NCBI GenBank assembly: GCA_019119475.1
Contig: DWWY01000001.1
Span: 12,260 to 76,259 of the forward strand
Reading direction: 5' to 3'
Length of the DNA: 64,000 nt
From: Candidatus Alistipes stercorigallinarum
Lineage (GTDB): Bacteria; Bacteroidota; Bacteroidia; Bacteroidales; Rikenellaceae
Shown: positions 44,646-54,446 of the stretch, piece after piece
Layout of the letters: every line of letters starts with the position of its first letter
Position numbering within the stretch: position 1 is the first letter of the stretch
The notes under the pieces: model-generated
Seen by the model: the letters and a program-made list of their open reading frames with translations, nothing else
The model's database searches: none
Told to the model about the DNA's origin: nothing
Translations under genes and position numbers: made by a program

Positions 44646-45995
44646 ATGAAGAACCACCTCCTCGCACTTTTTGTGTGTGCGGTTTGCACCAGTGCTCTGC
44701 CTGAACGACTTTTCGCCCGTGAGGTTACCTCCGGCAATCTCCCTTGTCCGCTTCGTGCGGCCTCCGCGGCCGACGGCGCTCCGTCGGCTTCGTTGCGGAG
44801 CGACAACCCCGACAACCCCGACAACCCCGACAACCCCGACAACCCCGACGGCGCCCTTCGCGCCGAAGTATCCGAATCCCCCGAGGCATCCGGCCTCTTT
44901 TCGGCCTCTTTGCCGGCGGATGGCGGTGTGCTGCCGGAGACTGCGCCGGCCGTGGATGACGGGGAGGTAAGCCTTCCTTCGGACCTCTCGGACCCGACGA
45001 CCGGCCTTGTGGAGCGGCTCTCGGCCTGGGAGCGTATCCGCGCCCGGCTGCCCCGCATCTCGGGTTACCTTCAGCTCGGGTACGAGTGGCTGGAGCATAC
45101 CTCTTCGGAGTTCTTCATCCGGCGCGTGCGGCTCGATTTCCACGGCGACCTCGCACCGAAGCTCGACTACCGCTTCCATGTCGAACTGGTCTCGCCCCGG
45201 CTGCTCGACGCCTACCTGCGCTACCGCCCCTTCGACCAGCTCAACCTCCAGGTCGGCGAGTTCAAGATACCCTTCTCCATCGAGAATACGGAGTATCCGC
45301 CCACGCGCTTCGAGTTCATCGACTACCCGATGGCGCTCGTCCGGCTGATGGGGTTCAACGACATCTGCGGCCTTACGGCGACGGGCCGCGACCTGGGAGC
45401 GCAGCTCTACGGCGGCTTCTGGCGGCGTGAGGGCCGCCACCTGCTCTGCTACAACCTGGCGCTCTTCAACGGCGAAGGGGTCAATGCAGCCGACCGCAAC
45501 CGCTCGAAGGACTTCGTGGCGCGGCTGACCCTCCGCCCGATGGACGGGCTGCAGGTCTCGGGCTCCTGGTATTGGGGCGAGTATGGCGAGCACAGCCGCA
45601 AGCGCGTGCGTTACGCTGCGGGCGTCTGCTACGACCGGGGCCGTTTCATGCTGCGCGGCGAGTATCTGCTGGGCGTGACGGGCCTCCCGGCGGCCGAGCC
45701 CGGGGCCCGGCCGGTCGAGCAGGAGAGCCAGGGATGGTACGTGGCGGCCGGCTGGCGGGCGACGCGTTCGCTCCAACCGGTGGTGCGCTGCGACACCTTC
45801 GAGGAGGACCTGCGGTGGAACCTTCGCCAGACGAACTATACGGCCGGTCTGCTGTGGACTCCCCTGAAGTACCTCCGCTGCCAGCTCAACTACACCTTCG
45901 AGGACCATTATGCCGACGCGAAGGCCCGGGCGGCTGCCGCGGGCCGCGACTTCGGCCGCCATCGGGTCGCGGTGATGCTCACCGGCATGTTCTGA
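44646..45995 (+). CDS. OprO/OprP-like outer-membrane porin with long low-complexity N-terminal segment
   Basis: From ATG 44646: signal peptide, FIRRVRLDFHG, LLDAYL, QVGEFKIPFS.E, GRDLG, amphipathic beta strands, terminal Phe. Confidence 0.8.
   Translation: MKNHLLALFVCAVCTSALPERLFAREVTSGNLPCPLRAASAADGAPSASLRSDNPDNPDNPDNPDNPDGALRAEVSESPEASGLFSASLPADGGVLPETAPAVDDGEVSLPSDLSDPTTGLVERLSAWERIRARLPRISGYLQLGYEWLEHTSSEFFIRRVRLDFHGDLAPKLDYRFHVELVSPRLLDAYLRYRPFDQLNLQVGEFKIPFSIENTEYPPTRFEFIDYPMALVRLMGFNDICGLTATGRDLGAQLYGGFWRREGRHLLCYNLALFNGEGVNAADRNRSKDFVARLTLRPMDGLQVSGSWYWGEYGEHSRKRVRYAAGVCYDRGRFMLRGEYLLGVTGLPAAEPGARPVEQESQGWYVAAGWRATRSLQPVVRCDTFEEDLRWNLRQTNYTAGLLWTPLKYLRCQLNYTFEDHYADAKARAAAAGRDFGRHRVAVMLTGMF
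44802..44849 (+). repeat. In-frame 9-bp VNTR (gacaacccc x5) encoding (Asp-Asn-Pro)5
   Basis: Perfect copies inside the porin N-terminal region. Confidence 0.95.
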
Positions 45996-46034
45996 CATGC
46001 AGCCCCGGCGCTGCCACTGCAAACGACGAACGAA

Positions 46035-46739
46035 ATGAACGATTACGACAAGATAGAGGTCGTCGCCTTCGATGCCGACGACACGCTGTGGGTCAACGAA
46101 CCCTTTTTCCGCGAGAGCGAGCGGCGGTTCTGCTCGCTCGTGGCCCCCTGGGCTGCGGCCGATGAGGCCGTCGAGCGGCTCTACGGCCGCGAGGTGGCCA
46201 ACATGTCGCTCTACGGCTACGGCGTCAAGGCCTGCGTGCTCTCGATGGTCGAGACGGCGCTCGAACTGGGCGGCGAGGCCCTCCCGGCCGAGGTCGTGCG
46301 GGGTATTGTCGCGCTGGGGCGCGACCAGCTGCAGCGCCCCGTCGAGCTGCTCCCCGGCGTGCGGGAGACGCTCCGGCGGCTGCAGGGGCGCTACCGGCTG
46401 GCGGTCGTCACGAAGGGCGACCTGCTCGACCAGCGGCGCAAGCTCCGCCTCTCGGGGCTGGCCCCCTGCTTCGATGCCGTCGAGGTGATGGCCGACAAAG
46501 ACGAGGCCTCGTACGGCGAGGTGATGCGGCGGCTGGGTGTCGCCCCCGGGGCCTTCCTCATGGTGGGCAACTCGCTGCGGTCGGACGTGCTACCCGTGCT
46601 GGCGCTGGGCAGCCGGGCGGTCCATATCCCCTTCGTGGAGACGTGGCGCCACGAGGAGGTTGCACCCGAGGAGTGTGCGCTCCACGATATACCGACGCTC
46701 GGCACCATCTCCGAACTCGCCCCGCTGCTGGGGTGCTGA
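46035..46739 (+). CDS. HAD-superfamily hydrolase
   Basis: Motif I FDADDTLW, VTKGDL, MVGNSLRSDV. Confidence 0.9.
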   Translation: MNDYDKIEVVAFDADDTLWVNEPFFRESERRFCSLVAPWAAADEAVERLYGREVANMSLYGYGVKACVLSMVETALELGGEALPAEVVRGIVALGRDQLQRPVELLPGVRETLRRLQGRYRLAVVTKGDLLDQRRKLRLSGLAPCFDAVEVMADKDEASYGEVMRRLGVAPGAFLMVGNSLRSDVLPVLALGSRAVHIPFVETWRHEEVAPEECALHDIPTLGTISELAPLLGC

Positions 46740-46776
46740 GCCGGGGAGGCGGTGCTTTCTGTCGTTTCCCGAATCC

Positions 46777-46819
46777 AAAAAAAGAGGCGGAGCGGTCCAT
46801 TGGAGGACTGCTCCGCTTC
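46777..46819 (-). terminator. Terminator between the convergent HAD and GNAT genes
   Basis: gaggcggagcggtcc / ggactgctccgcttc stem with an A7 tract on +. Confidence 0.75.
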
Positions 46820-46937
46820 GTCTCTTGAGGTGTGTCGGGAGTTGGGGCGCTCCGTGCCGTCCGTGCTGTCCGCTCCCGCGCTCCGTGTTGCCTGCCCGGG
46901 CGCCCGCCCTGCAACCGGGCCCCGCTCCTCGGGCTCC

Positions 46938-47507
46938 TTATCCTTCCGGCTCCTCGTCGCGGCGGAAGAGCCTTGCAATCGGCTCCAGCCAGCGCCGCAG
47001 ACGGTCGCCCGCCCGGCGCTCCACGCCCGCCGTCGGGCGGCACATGATATCCTCCCCGCCGTGGCTCCGCACCGTCTCGAAGCCCATGCGCAGGTAGAGC
47101 CTCCGGGCCGGATTGGCGCGCTGCACCGAGAGCGAGAGGCGCTCCATCCCTTCGTCGGCGGCCTGCAGCAGCATCCTGCGGAGCAGCTCTGTGCCGATAC
47201 CGCGGCCGCGGAAGGGCTCCTCGACGACGAGTACCAGCTCGGGCGTCGCGTCGTCCAGATAGCCGAACCCCTTGACCAGCCGCACCCAGACGGCGCCGAT
47301 GACCTCTCCGCGCACTACGGCGCAGAGCGCCCGGTCGTAGGCGCCGGCTCCGAAGCCGACCGTATAGGGCAGCAACTCGGGGGTGAAGACCACCTGGAAG
47401 GAGGGCGGTGGCGTCCCTTCGGGCAGGTAGATTGCCTTGAGCAGCAGGCCGGGCAGCATGGCGTACTCTGACTGCCGCATCCGGCGGATGGTCCAGCCGC
47501 CGCTCAT
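46938..47507 (-). CDS. GNAT acetyltransferase
   Basis: IGAVWVR, PFRGRGIGTELL, SLSVQRANPARRLYLRMGF; 4-nt overlap with the ygiQ stop. Confidence 0.88.
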   Translation of the reverse strand: MSGGWTIRRMRQSEYAMLPGLLLKAIYLPEGTPPPSFQVVFTPELLPYTVGFGAGAYDRALCAVVRGEVIGAVWVRLVKGFGYLDDATPELVLVVEEPFRGRGIGTELLRRMLLQAADEGMERLSLSVQRANPARRLYLRMGFETVRSHGGEDIMCRPTAGVERRAGDRLRRWLEPIARLFRRDEEPEG

Positions 47508-49498
47508 CGCCGCCCGTTTTTTGCCCTTCCGGGGCGGCGCCCCGAAGCGGTGGTTTCGCGCGGCTCCCGCCGGTCAGACCAATCGAATCGCTCGGACTGG
47601 CCGGTGCGGGCCGGAGCCTTTGCCGGGAACTTGCCCGAGCCGGCCGCCTGCCCCCGCTTCACGCCCCGGTTTGCATCCCGGGACGAACTGCGCGTCGAAT
47701 CGTGCTCCGGTCCGCCTCCTGCGCCCCGGGCCGAATCCTGTGCCGCGGCGTGCCCTGCGCCGCGCGGCGCCCTCTTGGCCGGCGCGGCCCCCGCCTGTCC
47801 CGGGCGGAAGAAGTAGCTCTTCTGGCGGCGCTTCTCCTCCTGCGTGCGTGCGACGTAGACCGGCTCGTGGGTATAGGGGTTCTCGCCCGTGTAGAACATC
47901 ACCGACGAGAGGGTCATCGGCGTGGGGGTGAGGTCCTGCACCTGCTCGAGCGTGAAGTGGAGCCGTCCGAGCACCTTGTGCGCCAGCTCGCGCATGTCGT
48001 GCTCCGTGCAGCCGGGGTGCGACGAGATGAAGTAGGGGATGAGCTGGTAGGGAAGCCCCTCGCGGCGGCAGATGGCGTGGAACGACTCGTTGAGCTGCTC
48101 GAAGAGGGCGAAGGGCGGCTTGCGCATCAGCCGCAGCACATGCTCCTCGGTGTGCTCGGGGGCCACCTTGAGCCGTCCCGAGGTGTGGTGGCGGAGCACC
48201 GTCTCGAGGTAGGGCGTCCCGTCGAAGAGGTCGTAGCGGATACCGCTGCCGATGAAGGCCTTGCGGATGCCCTTCACGGCGCGGATTTTTTCGTAGAGGG
48301 CCAGCAGCGGCCGGTGGTCGTTGTCGAGGTTGGGGCAGCGCTGCGGGTGGAGGCACGAGGGGCGCCGGCAGCGGGCGCAGAGCGTCCGGTCGCGGCCCCC
48401 CATGCGGTACATGTTGGCCGAGGGGGCCCCGATGTCCGAGAGGTAGCCCTTGAAGTCCGGCATGCGGACGATGCGCTCCACCTCGGCGAGAATCGACCGC
48501 TCGCTGCGCGAGTGGATGAACTTGCCCTGGTGGGCCGAGATGGTGCAGAAGGAGCAGCCGCCGAAGCAGCCCCGGTGGATGTTGAGCGAGAACTTAATCA
48601 TCTCCCAGGCCGGGATGTCGCCCTTGCCGCGGTAGCGCGGGTGGGGCACCCGCTCGTAGGGGAGGTCGAACGAGTGGTCGAGCTCCTCGGTCGAGAGCGC
48701 GGCGTTGGGGGGCGTGACCACCACCCAGCGGTCGCCCGTCCGCTCGACGAGCGTCGCCACGGGCTCCATCAGGTTGCTCTGCGTCTCGATGACGGTGAAG
48801 TTCTCGCCGAAGGCGCGCTTGTCGGCCCGGCACTCCTCGAAGGAGTGGAGACGGATGGTCGTCGCGGGGTCGAGCCGCGCGACGTAGTCGTCGTCGGCCA
48901 CGAAGGCCACCTGGCGGATGCGGCGCAGCAGCTTGGCGTTGTAGCCGTTGTGCATGGCGCGGGCGACCTGCTGCACCACCCCCTCGCCCATGCCGTAGAT
49001 GAGCAGGTCGGCGCCCGACTCGACGAGCACCGAGGGGCGCAGCGCATCGCTCCAGTAGTCGTAGTGGGTCAGCCGCCGCAGCGAGGCCTCGATGCCTCCC
49101 ACGACCACCGGCACATGGGGGAAGAGGCGCTTGAGGATGCGCGTGTAGACCGTCACGGCGTAGTCGGGGCGGAAGCCCGCGCGGCCGCCGGGCGTGTAGG
49201 CGTCGTCGTGGCGCAGCCTGAGGTTGGCCGTATAGTGGTTGACCATCGAGTCCATCGCGCCGCCCGAGATGCCGAAGAAGAGGCGCGGCGCGCCCAGCTT
49301 GGTGAAGTCGCGCAGGTCGTCCCGCCAGTTGGGCTGGGGAACGATGGCGACGCGGTAGCCCTCGGCTTCGAGCAGGCGGCCGATGACCGCGGCGCCGAAG
49401 GCCGGGTGGTCGATGTAGGCGTCGCCCGTGAAGAGGATGACGTCGAGGTAATCCCATCCGCGTTCGCGGACCTCTTTGACGGTTGTCGGCAGAAACAT
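47504..49498 (-). CDS. ygiQ: YgiQ-family radical SAM protein
   Basis: TGDAYIDHPAFG, HRGCFGGCSFC cluster motif, LKVAPEH, YFISSHPGC, QVQDLTPTPMT. Confidence 0.93.
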   Translation of the reverse strand: MFLPTTVKEVRERGWDYLDVILFTGDAYIDHPAFGAAVIGRLLEAEGYRVAIVPQPNWRDDLRDFTKLGAPRLFFGISGGAMDSMVNHYTANLRLRHDDAYTPGGRAGFRPDYAVTVYTRILKRLFPHVPVVVGGIEASLRRLTHYDYWSDALRPSVLVESGADLLIYGMGEGVVQQVARAMHNGYNAKLLRRIRQVAFVADDDYVARLDPATTIRLHSFEECRADKRAFGENFTVIETQSNLMEPVATLVERTGDRWVVVTPPNAALSTEELDHSFDLPYERVPHPRYRGKGDIPAWEMIKFSLNIHRGCFGGCSFCTISAHQGKFIHSRSERSILAEVERIVRMPDFKGYLSDIGAPSANMYRMGGRDRTLCARCRRPSCLHPQRCPNLDNDHRPLLALYEKIRAVKGIRKAFIGSGIRYDLFDGTPYLETVLRHHTSGRLKVAPEHTEEHVLRLMRKPPFALFEQLNESFHAICRREGLPYQLIPYFISSHPGCTEHDMRELAHKVLGRLHFTLEQVQDLTPTPMTLSSVMFYTGENPYTHEPVYVARTQEEKRRQKSYFFRPGQAGAAPAKRAPRGAGHAAAQDSARGAGGGPEHDSTRSSSRDANRGVKRGQAAGSGKFPAKAPARTGQSERFDWSDRREPRETTASGRRPGRAKNGRR

Positions 49499-49676
49499 GG
49501 CGGTTTGTTCGGTAACGGATGATAAAAGGTATTGCGGCGCCCGGCCGTGCGGACGGGTCCCGCGGAGCGGGCTTCCCGTCTGTCCGGAGCCATCCCGGAC
49601 GGCGGGCGGGGCTCGGCGGCCTGCGGCCGGCGGAGGGGATGCCGCCTCCCGCCCGGCAGCTGCGGGCGGGGCGGTC

Positions 49677-50864
49677 TCAGAGCGTCTCCTCGTCGGTGCG
49701 GCCCGCGGCCACGTAGGCGTCCCATTTGGCGATGACGGCGCGGAAATCCTCCGGCAGCTCGCTCTCGAAGCAGACGTCGCGGTGCGTCGTCGGGTGGACG
49801 AAGCCCAGCGAGCGGGCGTGGAGCGCCTGGCGCGGCATCAGCGCGAAGCAGTTCTCGATGAACTGCCGGTACTTGGCGAAGGTCGTCCCCTTGAGGATGC
49901 GGTCGCCGCCGTAGCGCTCGTCGTTGAAGAGCGGGTGGCCCTGCCAGGCCATGTGGACGCGAATCTGGTGCGTGCGCCCCGTCTCGAGACGGCACTCGAC
50001 CAGCGTCACGTAGCCGTAGCGCTTGAGCACGCGCCAGTGGGTGACGGCATGCTTGCCTTCCTCGCCGTTGGCGAAGACGTGCATCTTGAGCCGGTCCCTG
50101 GGGTCGCGGCCGATGTTGCCCGTGATGGTTCCCTCGTCCTGCTCGAAGTTGCCCCAGACGAGGGCCACGTAGCGGCGATGGATGGTGTGGTCGAAGAACT
50201 GCTTGGCCAGCCGGGCGTGCGCCAGTTCGTTCTTGGCGATGACCAGCAGCCCCGAGGTGTCCTTGTCGATGCGGTGGACCAGTCCGGCGCGCATGTCCCC
50301 CTCGCGGAACATCGGGAGCGAGCGCAGGTGGTAGGTCAGCGCGTTGACCAGCGTCCCCTGGTAGTTGCCGTGGCCCGGGTGGACCACCATGCCGGCCGCC
50401 TTGTTGACAATCAGCAGGTCGTCGTCCTCGTAGGGTATTTCGAGCGGGATGTTTTCGGGGATAATCTCCACCTCGCGGCGCGGGTAGGGCATCACCAGCG
50501 AGATGTGGTCCAGCGGCTTGACCTTGTAGCTCGACTTGGCCGGCTTGCCGTTGACGAGGATGTTGCCGCTGTCGGCCGCCGCCTGGATGCGGTTGCGCGA
50601 GCACTTCTCCATGCGGCAGGTGAGGTACTTGTCGAGCCGGATGAGCGTCTGCCCCTTGTCGGCCGTGATGGAGAAGTGTTCGTAGAGCCCCTGCCCGCCG
50701 GCCTCGCCGTCGTCGCCATCCTCGTCGTCGCAGTACGGCTCCCCCTCGTCGCTCGCGGGTGCGGCGGCGCGGGTCTCGTCGGCCGGGGGGTTGCCCCCGT
50801 CCGGACCGGAAGCGGGACGGAGCTCCGCGGACGGGCCCGTCGGTTCGTATTCGGTGCGTATCAT
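49677..50864 (-). CDS. rluD: RluA/RluD-family pseudouridine synthase with S4 domain
   Basis: RLDKYL, VNKAAGMVVHP, HRIDKDTSG, LETGRTHQIRVH, RQALHA. Confidence 0.92.
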   Translation of the reverse strand: MIRTEYEPTGPSAELRPASGPDGGNPPADETRAAAPASDEGEPYCDDEDGDDGEAGGQGLYEHFSITADKGQTLIRLDKYLTCRMEKCSRNRIQAAADSGNILVNGKPAKSSYKVKPLDHISLVMPYPRREVEIIPENIPLEIPYEDDDLLIVNKAAGMVVHPGHGNYQGTLVNALTYHLRSLPMFREGDMRAGLVHRIDKDTSGLLVIAKNELAHARLAKQFFDHTIHRRYVALVWGNFEQDEGTITGNIGRDPRDRLKMHVFANGEEGKHAVTHWRVLKRYGYVTLVECRLETGRTHQIRVHMAWQGHPLFNDERYGGDRILKGTTFAKYRQFIENCFALMPRQALHARSLGFVHPTTHRDVCFESELPEDFRAVIAKWDAYVAAGRTDEETL

Positions 50865-50873
50865 CGTCTGCCG

Positions 50874-51842
50874 TCAGTCGAAAAATCCTTCGTCGTCGTT
50901 CGTCGTGCCGCGGTGCGTATCGGCGGGGGTGTCGCCGCCTGCCGGGGAGGTCGCCTCCTCGAAGCGGACGAGTGCCAGCGAGTCGGCCTCGGCCTGCTCG
51001 CGGGCGATGCGCTCCTGAGCCAGGCGGGCGGCCTCCTTTTCGGCTGCGGCCCGGCTCTCTGAGGCCTTGTCGGCATCGAGCGTCAGCCACAGCTCCACGC
51101 GGTCACCCAGCCGTACGGTCTGCTCCGCGGCAGGGCTCTGGCGGTAGACGCGCGCCTGCTTCTGGTTGAGCAGGTTGATGCCCTCGTCGTAGTTCACCCG
51201 CCCGACGTTGATGCCCAGCTCCCAGAGCCGGCTCTTGGCCTCGCGCAGGCCGTATCCGGTAACCAGCGGGACGGGCGTGGTCTCCGACCCCGCCTCGACG
51301 CCCACGTAGAGCGTCACGCCCGAACCCATTTCGGCCTCGATGCGGCTCGTGGCCTGCACCGGACGACCGTCGCAGTACTCCTCGAGCACGTAGTTGGTCG
51401 CCATGTCGGGACGGTAGACGAGCTCCTCGATTTCGAGCCCTGCAATCTCGAGCATGTTCTTGGCCTGGCGCAGCGAGCGTCCGGCGACGTAGGGCACCGG
51501 CACGCTCTTCTGGCGGAAGGAGTTGATGGTGACGTAGACCGTCCGCCCGGGCTTCACCTCGACGCCGCCGGCCGGCAGCTGGTCGAGGACGATGCCGCCC
51601 TCGTAGGCCGGCACGAAGAGCGAGTCGTTGATGAAGAGCGTGAGGTCGTTCCTGAGGGCGATGCGCTGCGCCTCCTCGAGCGGAATGCCCGAGAAGTCGG
51701 GTACGGTGCGGCGTGCGCCGTGGCGCGTGCCCGCCTGCATGGCGAAGTGGGCGACGAACGCCAGCGCCAGCAGCGTGAGCACGATGAGGGTCAGGTTGTA
51801 GGCCAGGGGATGGGCCTTGAGTCGTTTCCAGTAGTTTTCCAT
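50874..51842 (-). CDS. PASTA-domain membrane protein (three repeats)
   Basis: N-terminal TM helix; VPDFSG, VPYVAGRSLRQA, VPLVTGYGLREA repeats. Confidence 0.88.
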   Translation of the reverse strand: MENYWKRLKAHPLAYNLTLIVLTLLALAFVAHFAMQAGTRHGARRTVPDFSGIPLEEAQRIALRNDLTLFINDSLFVPAYEGGIVLDQLPAGGVEVKPGRTVYVTINSFRQKSVPVPYVAGRSLRQAKNMLEIAGLEIEELVYRPDMATNYVLEEYCDGRPVQATSRIEAEMGSGVTLYVGVEAGSETTPVPLVTGYGLREAKSRLWELGINVGRVNYDEGINLLNQKQARVYRQSPAAEQTVRLGDRVELWLTLDADKASESRAAAEKEAARLAQERIAREQAEADSLALVRFEEATSPAGGDTPADTHRGTTNDDEGFFD

Positions 51843-51855
51843 GACGGAGCGCGGT

Positions 51856-52959
51856 TTATTTCGGAGCCTTCCGGTAGAGGTAGAGGGCGATGCCGAGATA
51901 GATGATGTTGGGGAGCCATACGGCCAGACCGGGCGGCAGCGAGCCGCTCTTGGCGAACTCCTCGAAGAAGCGGTTGAAGAGGATGTAGGAGAAGCAGAGA
52001 CCCGTACCGATACCGATGTGGAGTCCCGTGCCGCCGCGCACCTTGCGCGAGGAGAGCGATACGCCGATGAGCGTCAGGATGAAGGTCGAGAGCGGGTAGG
52101 CGTAACGGGCGTGGCGCTCCACCTCGATGAGGTTGATGGAGTCCGAACCCTTGGCCTTCTGCTGGTCGAGGAACTCGTTCAGCTCGGAGATGTTCATCGT
52201 CTGGATGAGTTCGCCGACGCGTCCCAGCTCGGTCACCTCGAGGTTGATGAGCGTGTCGAGGTTGCGGTGCTGGCGGAACTGCTCCACCCCGAGCGAGTCG
52301 AACGAGCGGGTGGTGTAGCGCAGCGCCGTCCAGCGGCGGGTCTCGGGGTCGAAGGTGACGTCGGCCGCCTCGAGCGAATGGGTCATCGTACCGCTGGCGT
52401 AGTGTTCCAGGGCGAAGAACGAGGCCTTGTTGTTGTTTTCGGTGTAGCCGCGGATGTAGGCGAAGGTGCCCGGCTCAATCTGGCGGTAGATGTGGCGGTC
52501 GAACTGGGCGTTGCGCTTGCGCTTGATGTACTGCGACTCGAAGTCGACAATCTCCTTCTGCGAGAGGGGGATGAGCCAGAGGTTGAGCACCAGCGAGAGG
52601 GCGCCGATGATGAAGGCGCCGAGGAAGTAGGGCCACATGAGCCGCCGGAACGACATGCCGCCCGAGAGCATGGCCACGATTTCGGTCTGGTAGGCCATCT
52701 TCGAGGTGAAGAAGATGCAGGCGATGAAGGTGAACAGACCGCTGAACTGGTTGATGAAGAAGGGGATGAAGTTGAGGTAGTACTGGAAGATGATTTTGTT
52801 GAGGGGGGCCTTCAGCTCGGTGAAGTTGTCGAGCTTCTCGACATAGTCGAAGAGCACCACCACGATGATAATCATCGCGATGGCGAAGAAGTAGGTCGAA
52901 AGGAACTTCCCCAGTATGTAGCGGTCCAGAATCTTGAACCCCGGGAATTTGAATTTCAT
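51856..52959 (-). CDS. LptF/LptG-family LPS export permease
   Basis: KILDRYIL.KF, EIVAMLSGGMSF.RL.PY, ARYAYPLS, AVWLPN. Confidence 0.9.
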   Translation of the reverse strand: MKFKFPGFKILDRYILGKFLSTYFFAIAMIIIVVVLFDYVEKLDNFTELKAPLNKIIFQYYLNFIPFFINQFSGLFTFIACIFFTSKMAYQTEIVAMLSGGMSFRRLMWPYFLGAFIIGALSLVLNLWLIPLSQKEIVDFESQYIKRKRNAQFDRHIYRQIEPGTFAYIRGYTENNNKASFFALEHYASGTMTHSLEAADVTFDPETRRWTALRYTTRSFDSLGVEQFRQHRNLDTLINLEVTELGRVGELIQTMNISELNEFLDQQKAKGSDSINLIEVERHARYAYPLSTFILTLIGVSLSSRKVRGGTGLHIGIGTGLCFSYILFNRFFEEFAKSGSLPPGLAVWLPNIIYLGIALYLYRKAPK

Positions 52960-53024
52960 CTCCTTGTTCCGAATGTTATGGTCGTGTGTCGTTCGTTCGT
53001 CTCATTGCGGCCCGCCCCCGAGGG

Positions 53025-54155
53025 TCAGAGCCGGCGCGCCAGGCGGGGCACCATCTGCTCCTTCCAGGCGGCGAAGTCGCCCGCCACGATGTGTTCGCGG
53101 GCCATGCCCACCAGCCGCAGGTAGAAGGCGATGTTGTGCAGCGAGGCAATCTCGGCCGCCAGCATCTCGCCGCAGACGCAGAGATGGTGCAGGTAGGCCT
53201 TCGAGTAGAGCCGGTCGACGAAGGCCGTCCCCTCGGGGTCGATGGGCGAGAAGTCGGCCTCCCACTTCTTGTTGCGGATGTTGATGACGCCCTCGGCCGT
53301 GAAGAGCTGGCCGTTGCGGCCGTTGCGCGTCGGCATCACGCAGTCGAACATGTCGACGCCGCGGGCGATGCCCTCGAGGATGTTGACCGGCGTGCCGACC
53401 CCCATCAGGTAGCGGGGGCGGTCTTCGGGCAGCACGGCGTCGACCACCTCGAGCATCTCGTACATCTTCTCGGCCGGTTCGCCCACGGCCAGACCGCCGA
53501 TGGCGTATCCGTCGGCGTTGTAGCGCATGCCATCCTCGGCCGCGGCGACGCGCAGGTCGGGATAGGTGCACCCCTGCACGATGGGGAAGAGCGCCTGGTA
53601 GTGTCCGTAGCGGGGCGCCGTCTGGTGGTAGCGGTTGAAGCAGCGCTCGAGCCAGCGCTGGGTGAGCGCCAGCGACTTGGCCGCATAGTCGCGCGGCGAG
53701 TCGCCCGGCGGGCACTCGTCGAAGGCCATCATGATGTCGGCGCCGATGGTTCGTTCGGTGTCGATGACGCTCTCGGGGGTGAAGAGGTGCTTCGAGCCGT
53801 CGATGTGTGACCGGAAGTGGCACCCCTCCTCGCGCAGCTTGCGGCAGGCGGCCAGCGAGAAGACCTGGAAGCCGCCGCTGTCGGTGAGCATCGGCCCCTC
53901 CCAGGTCGAGAAGCGGTGGACGCCGCCCGCCTGCTCGATGATGTCCATGCCGGGACGCAGGTAGAGGTGGTAGGTGTTGGCCAGGATAATCTGGGCCTTC
54001 GCCTCGTCGCGCACGTCGCGGTGGAAGAGCCCCTTGACCGTGGCGGCCGTGCCGACGGGCATGAAGATGGGCGTGCGAATCACGCCGTGGTCGGTCGTGA
54101 GTTCGCCTGCTCGGGCCCGCGAAGCGGGGTCCCGGTGCTGTAGGGTAAATTGCAT
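53025..54155 (-). CDS. tgt: Queuine tRNA-ribosyltransferase
   Basis: From ATG 54155: TPIFMPVGT, TDSGGFQVFSL, PRYLMGVG, DMFDCVMPTRNGR, C-X-C zinc region. Confidence 0.98.
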   Translation of the reverse strand: MQFTLQHRDPASRARAGELTTDHGVIRTPIFMPVGTAATVKGLFHRDVRDEAKAQIILANTYHLYLRPGMDIIEQAGGVHRFSTWEGPMLTDSGGFQVFSLAACRKLREEGCHFRSHIDGSKHLFTPESVIDTERTIGADIMMAFDECPPGDSPRDYAAKSLALTQRWLERCFNRYHQTAPRYGHYQALFPIVQGCTYPDLRVAAAEDGMRYNADGYAIGGLAVGEPAEKMYEMLEVVDAVLPEDRPRYLMGVGTPVNILEGIARGVDMFDCVMPTRNGRNGQLFTAEGVINIRNKKWEADFSPIDPEGTAFVDRLYSKAYLHHLCVCGEMLAAEIASLHNIAFYLRLVGMAREHIVAGDFAAWKEQMVPRLARRL

Positions 54156-54170
54156 GCTCATACTGTCCCG

Positions 54171-54418
54171 CAAAAGTAGGGAAAATAATGCGAATTATGA
54201 ATTTTGCGCCGCGATTTGTTGCCGCGGCCGCTTCGCGGGCACGTTCGGGGCGGCATCGGGGCGTTCGGGCAACGATGCGTGCCGGCGTACGCATGCGTGG
54301 AGGGCGCTCGTACCGGGCGTTCCGCGCCGGTGGGCCGGCCTGCGGGGCGCCGGCTGCCGGGGGAGTGAAAATTATTCCCGCTTTTGGCTCCCGAATTCTG
54401 AATTGTTTCGTACCTTTG
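54171..54418. promoter_or_regulatory. Divergent -7 boxes: TACTTTTG on - (54171-54178, tgt) and TACCTTTG on + (54411-54418, GT2)
   Basis: Both match TAnnTTTG close to their start codons. Confidence 0.7.
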
Positions 54419-54446
54419 CTCCGGTTTTCGAACTCCCGGACTATAC

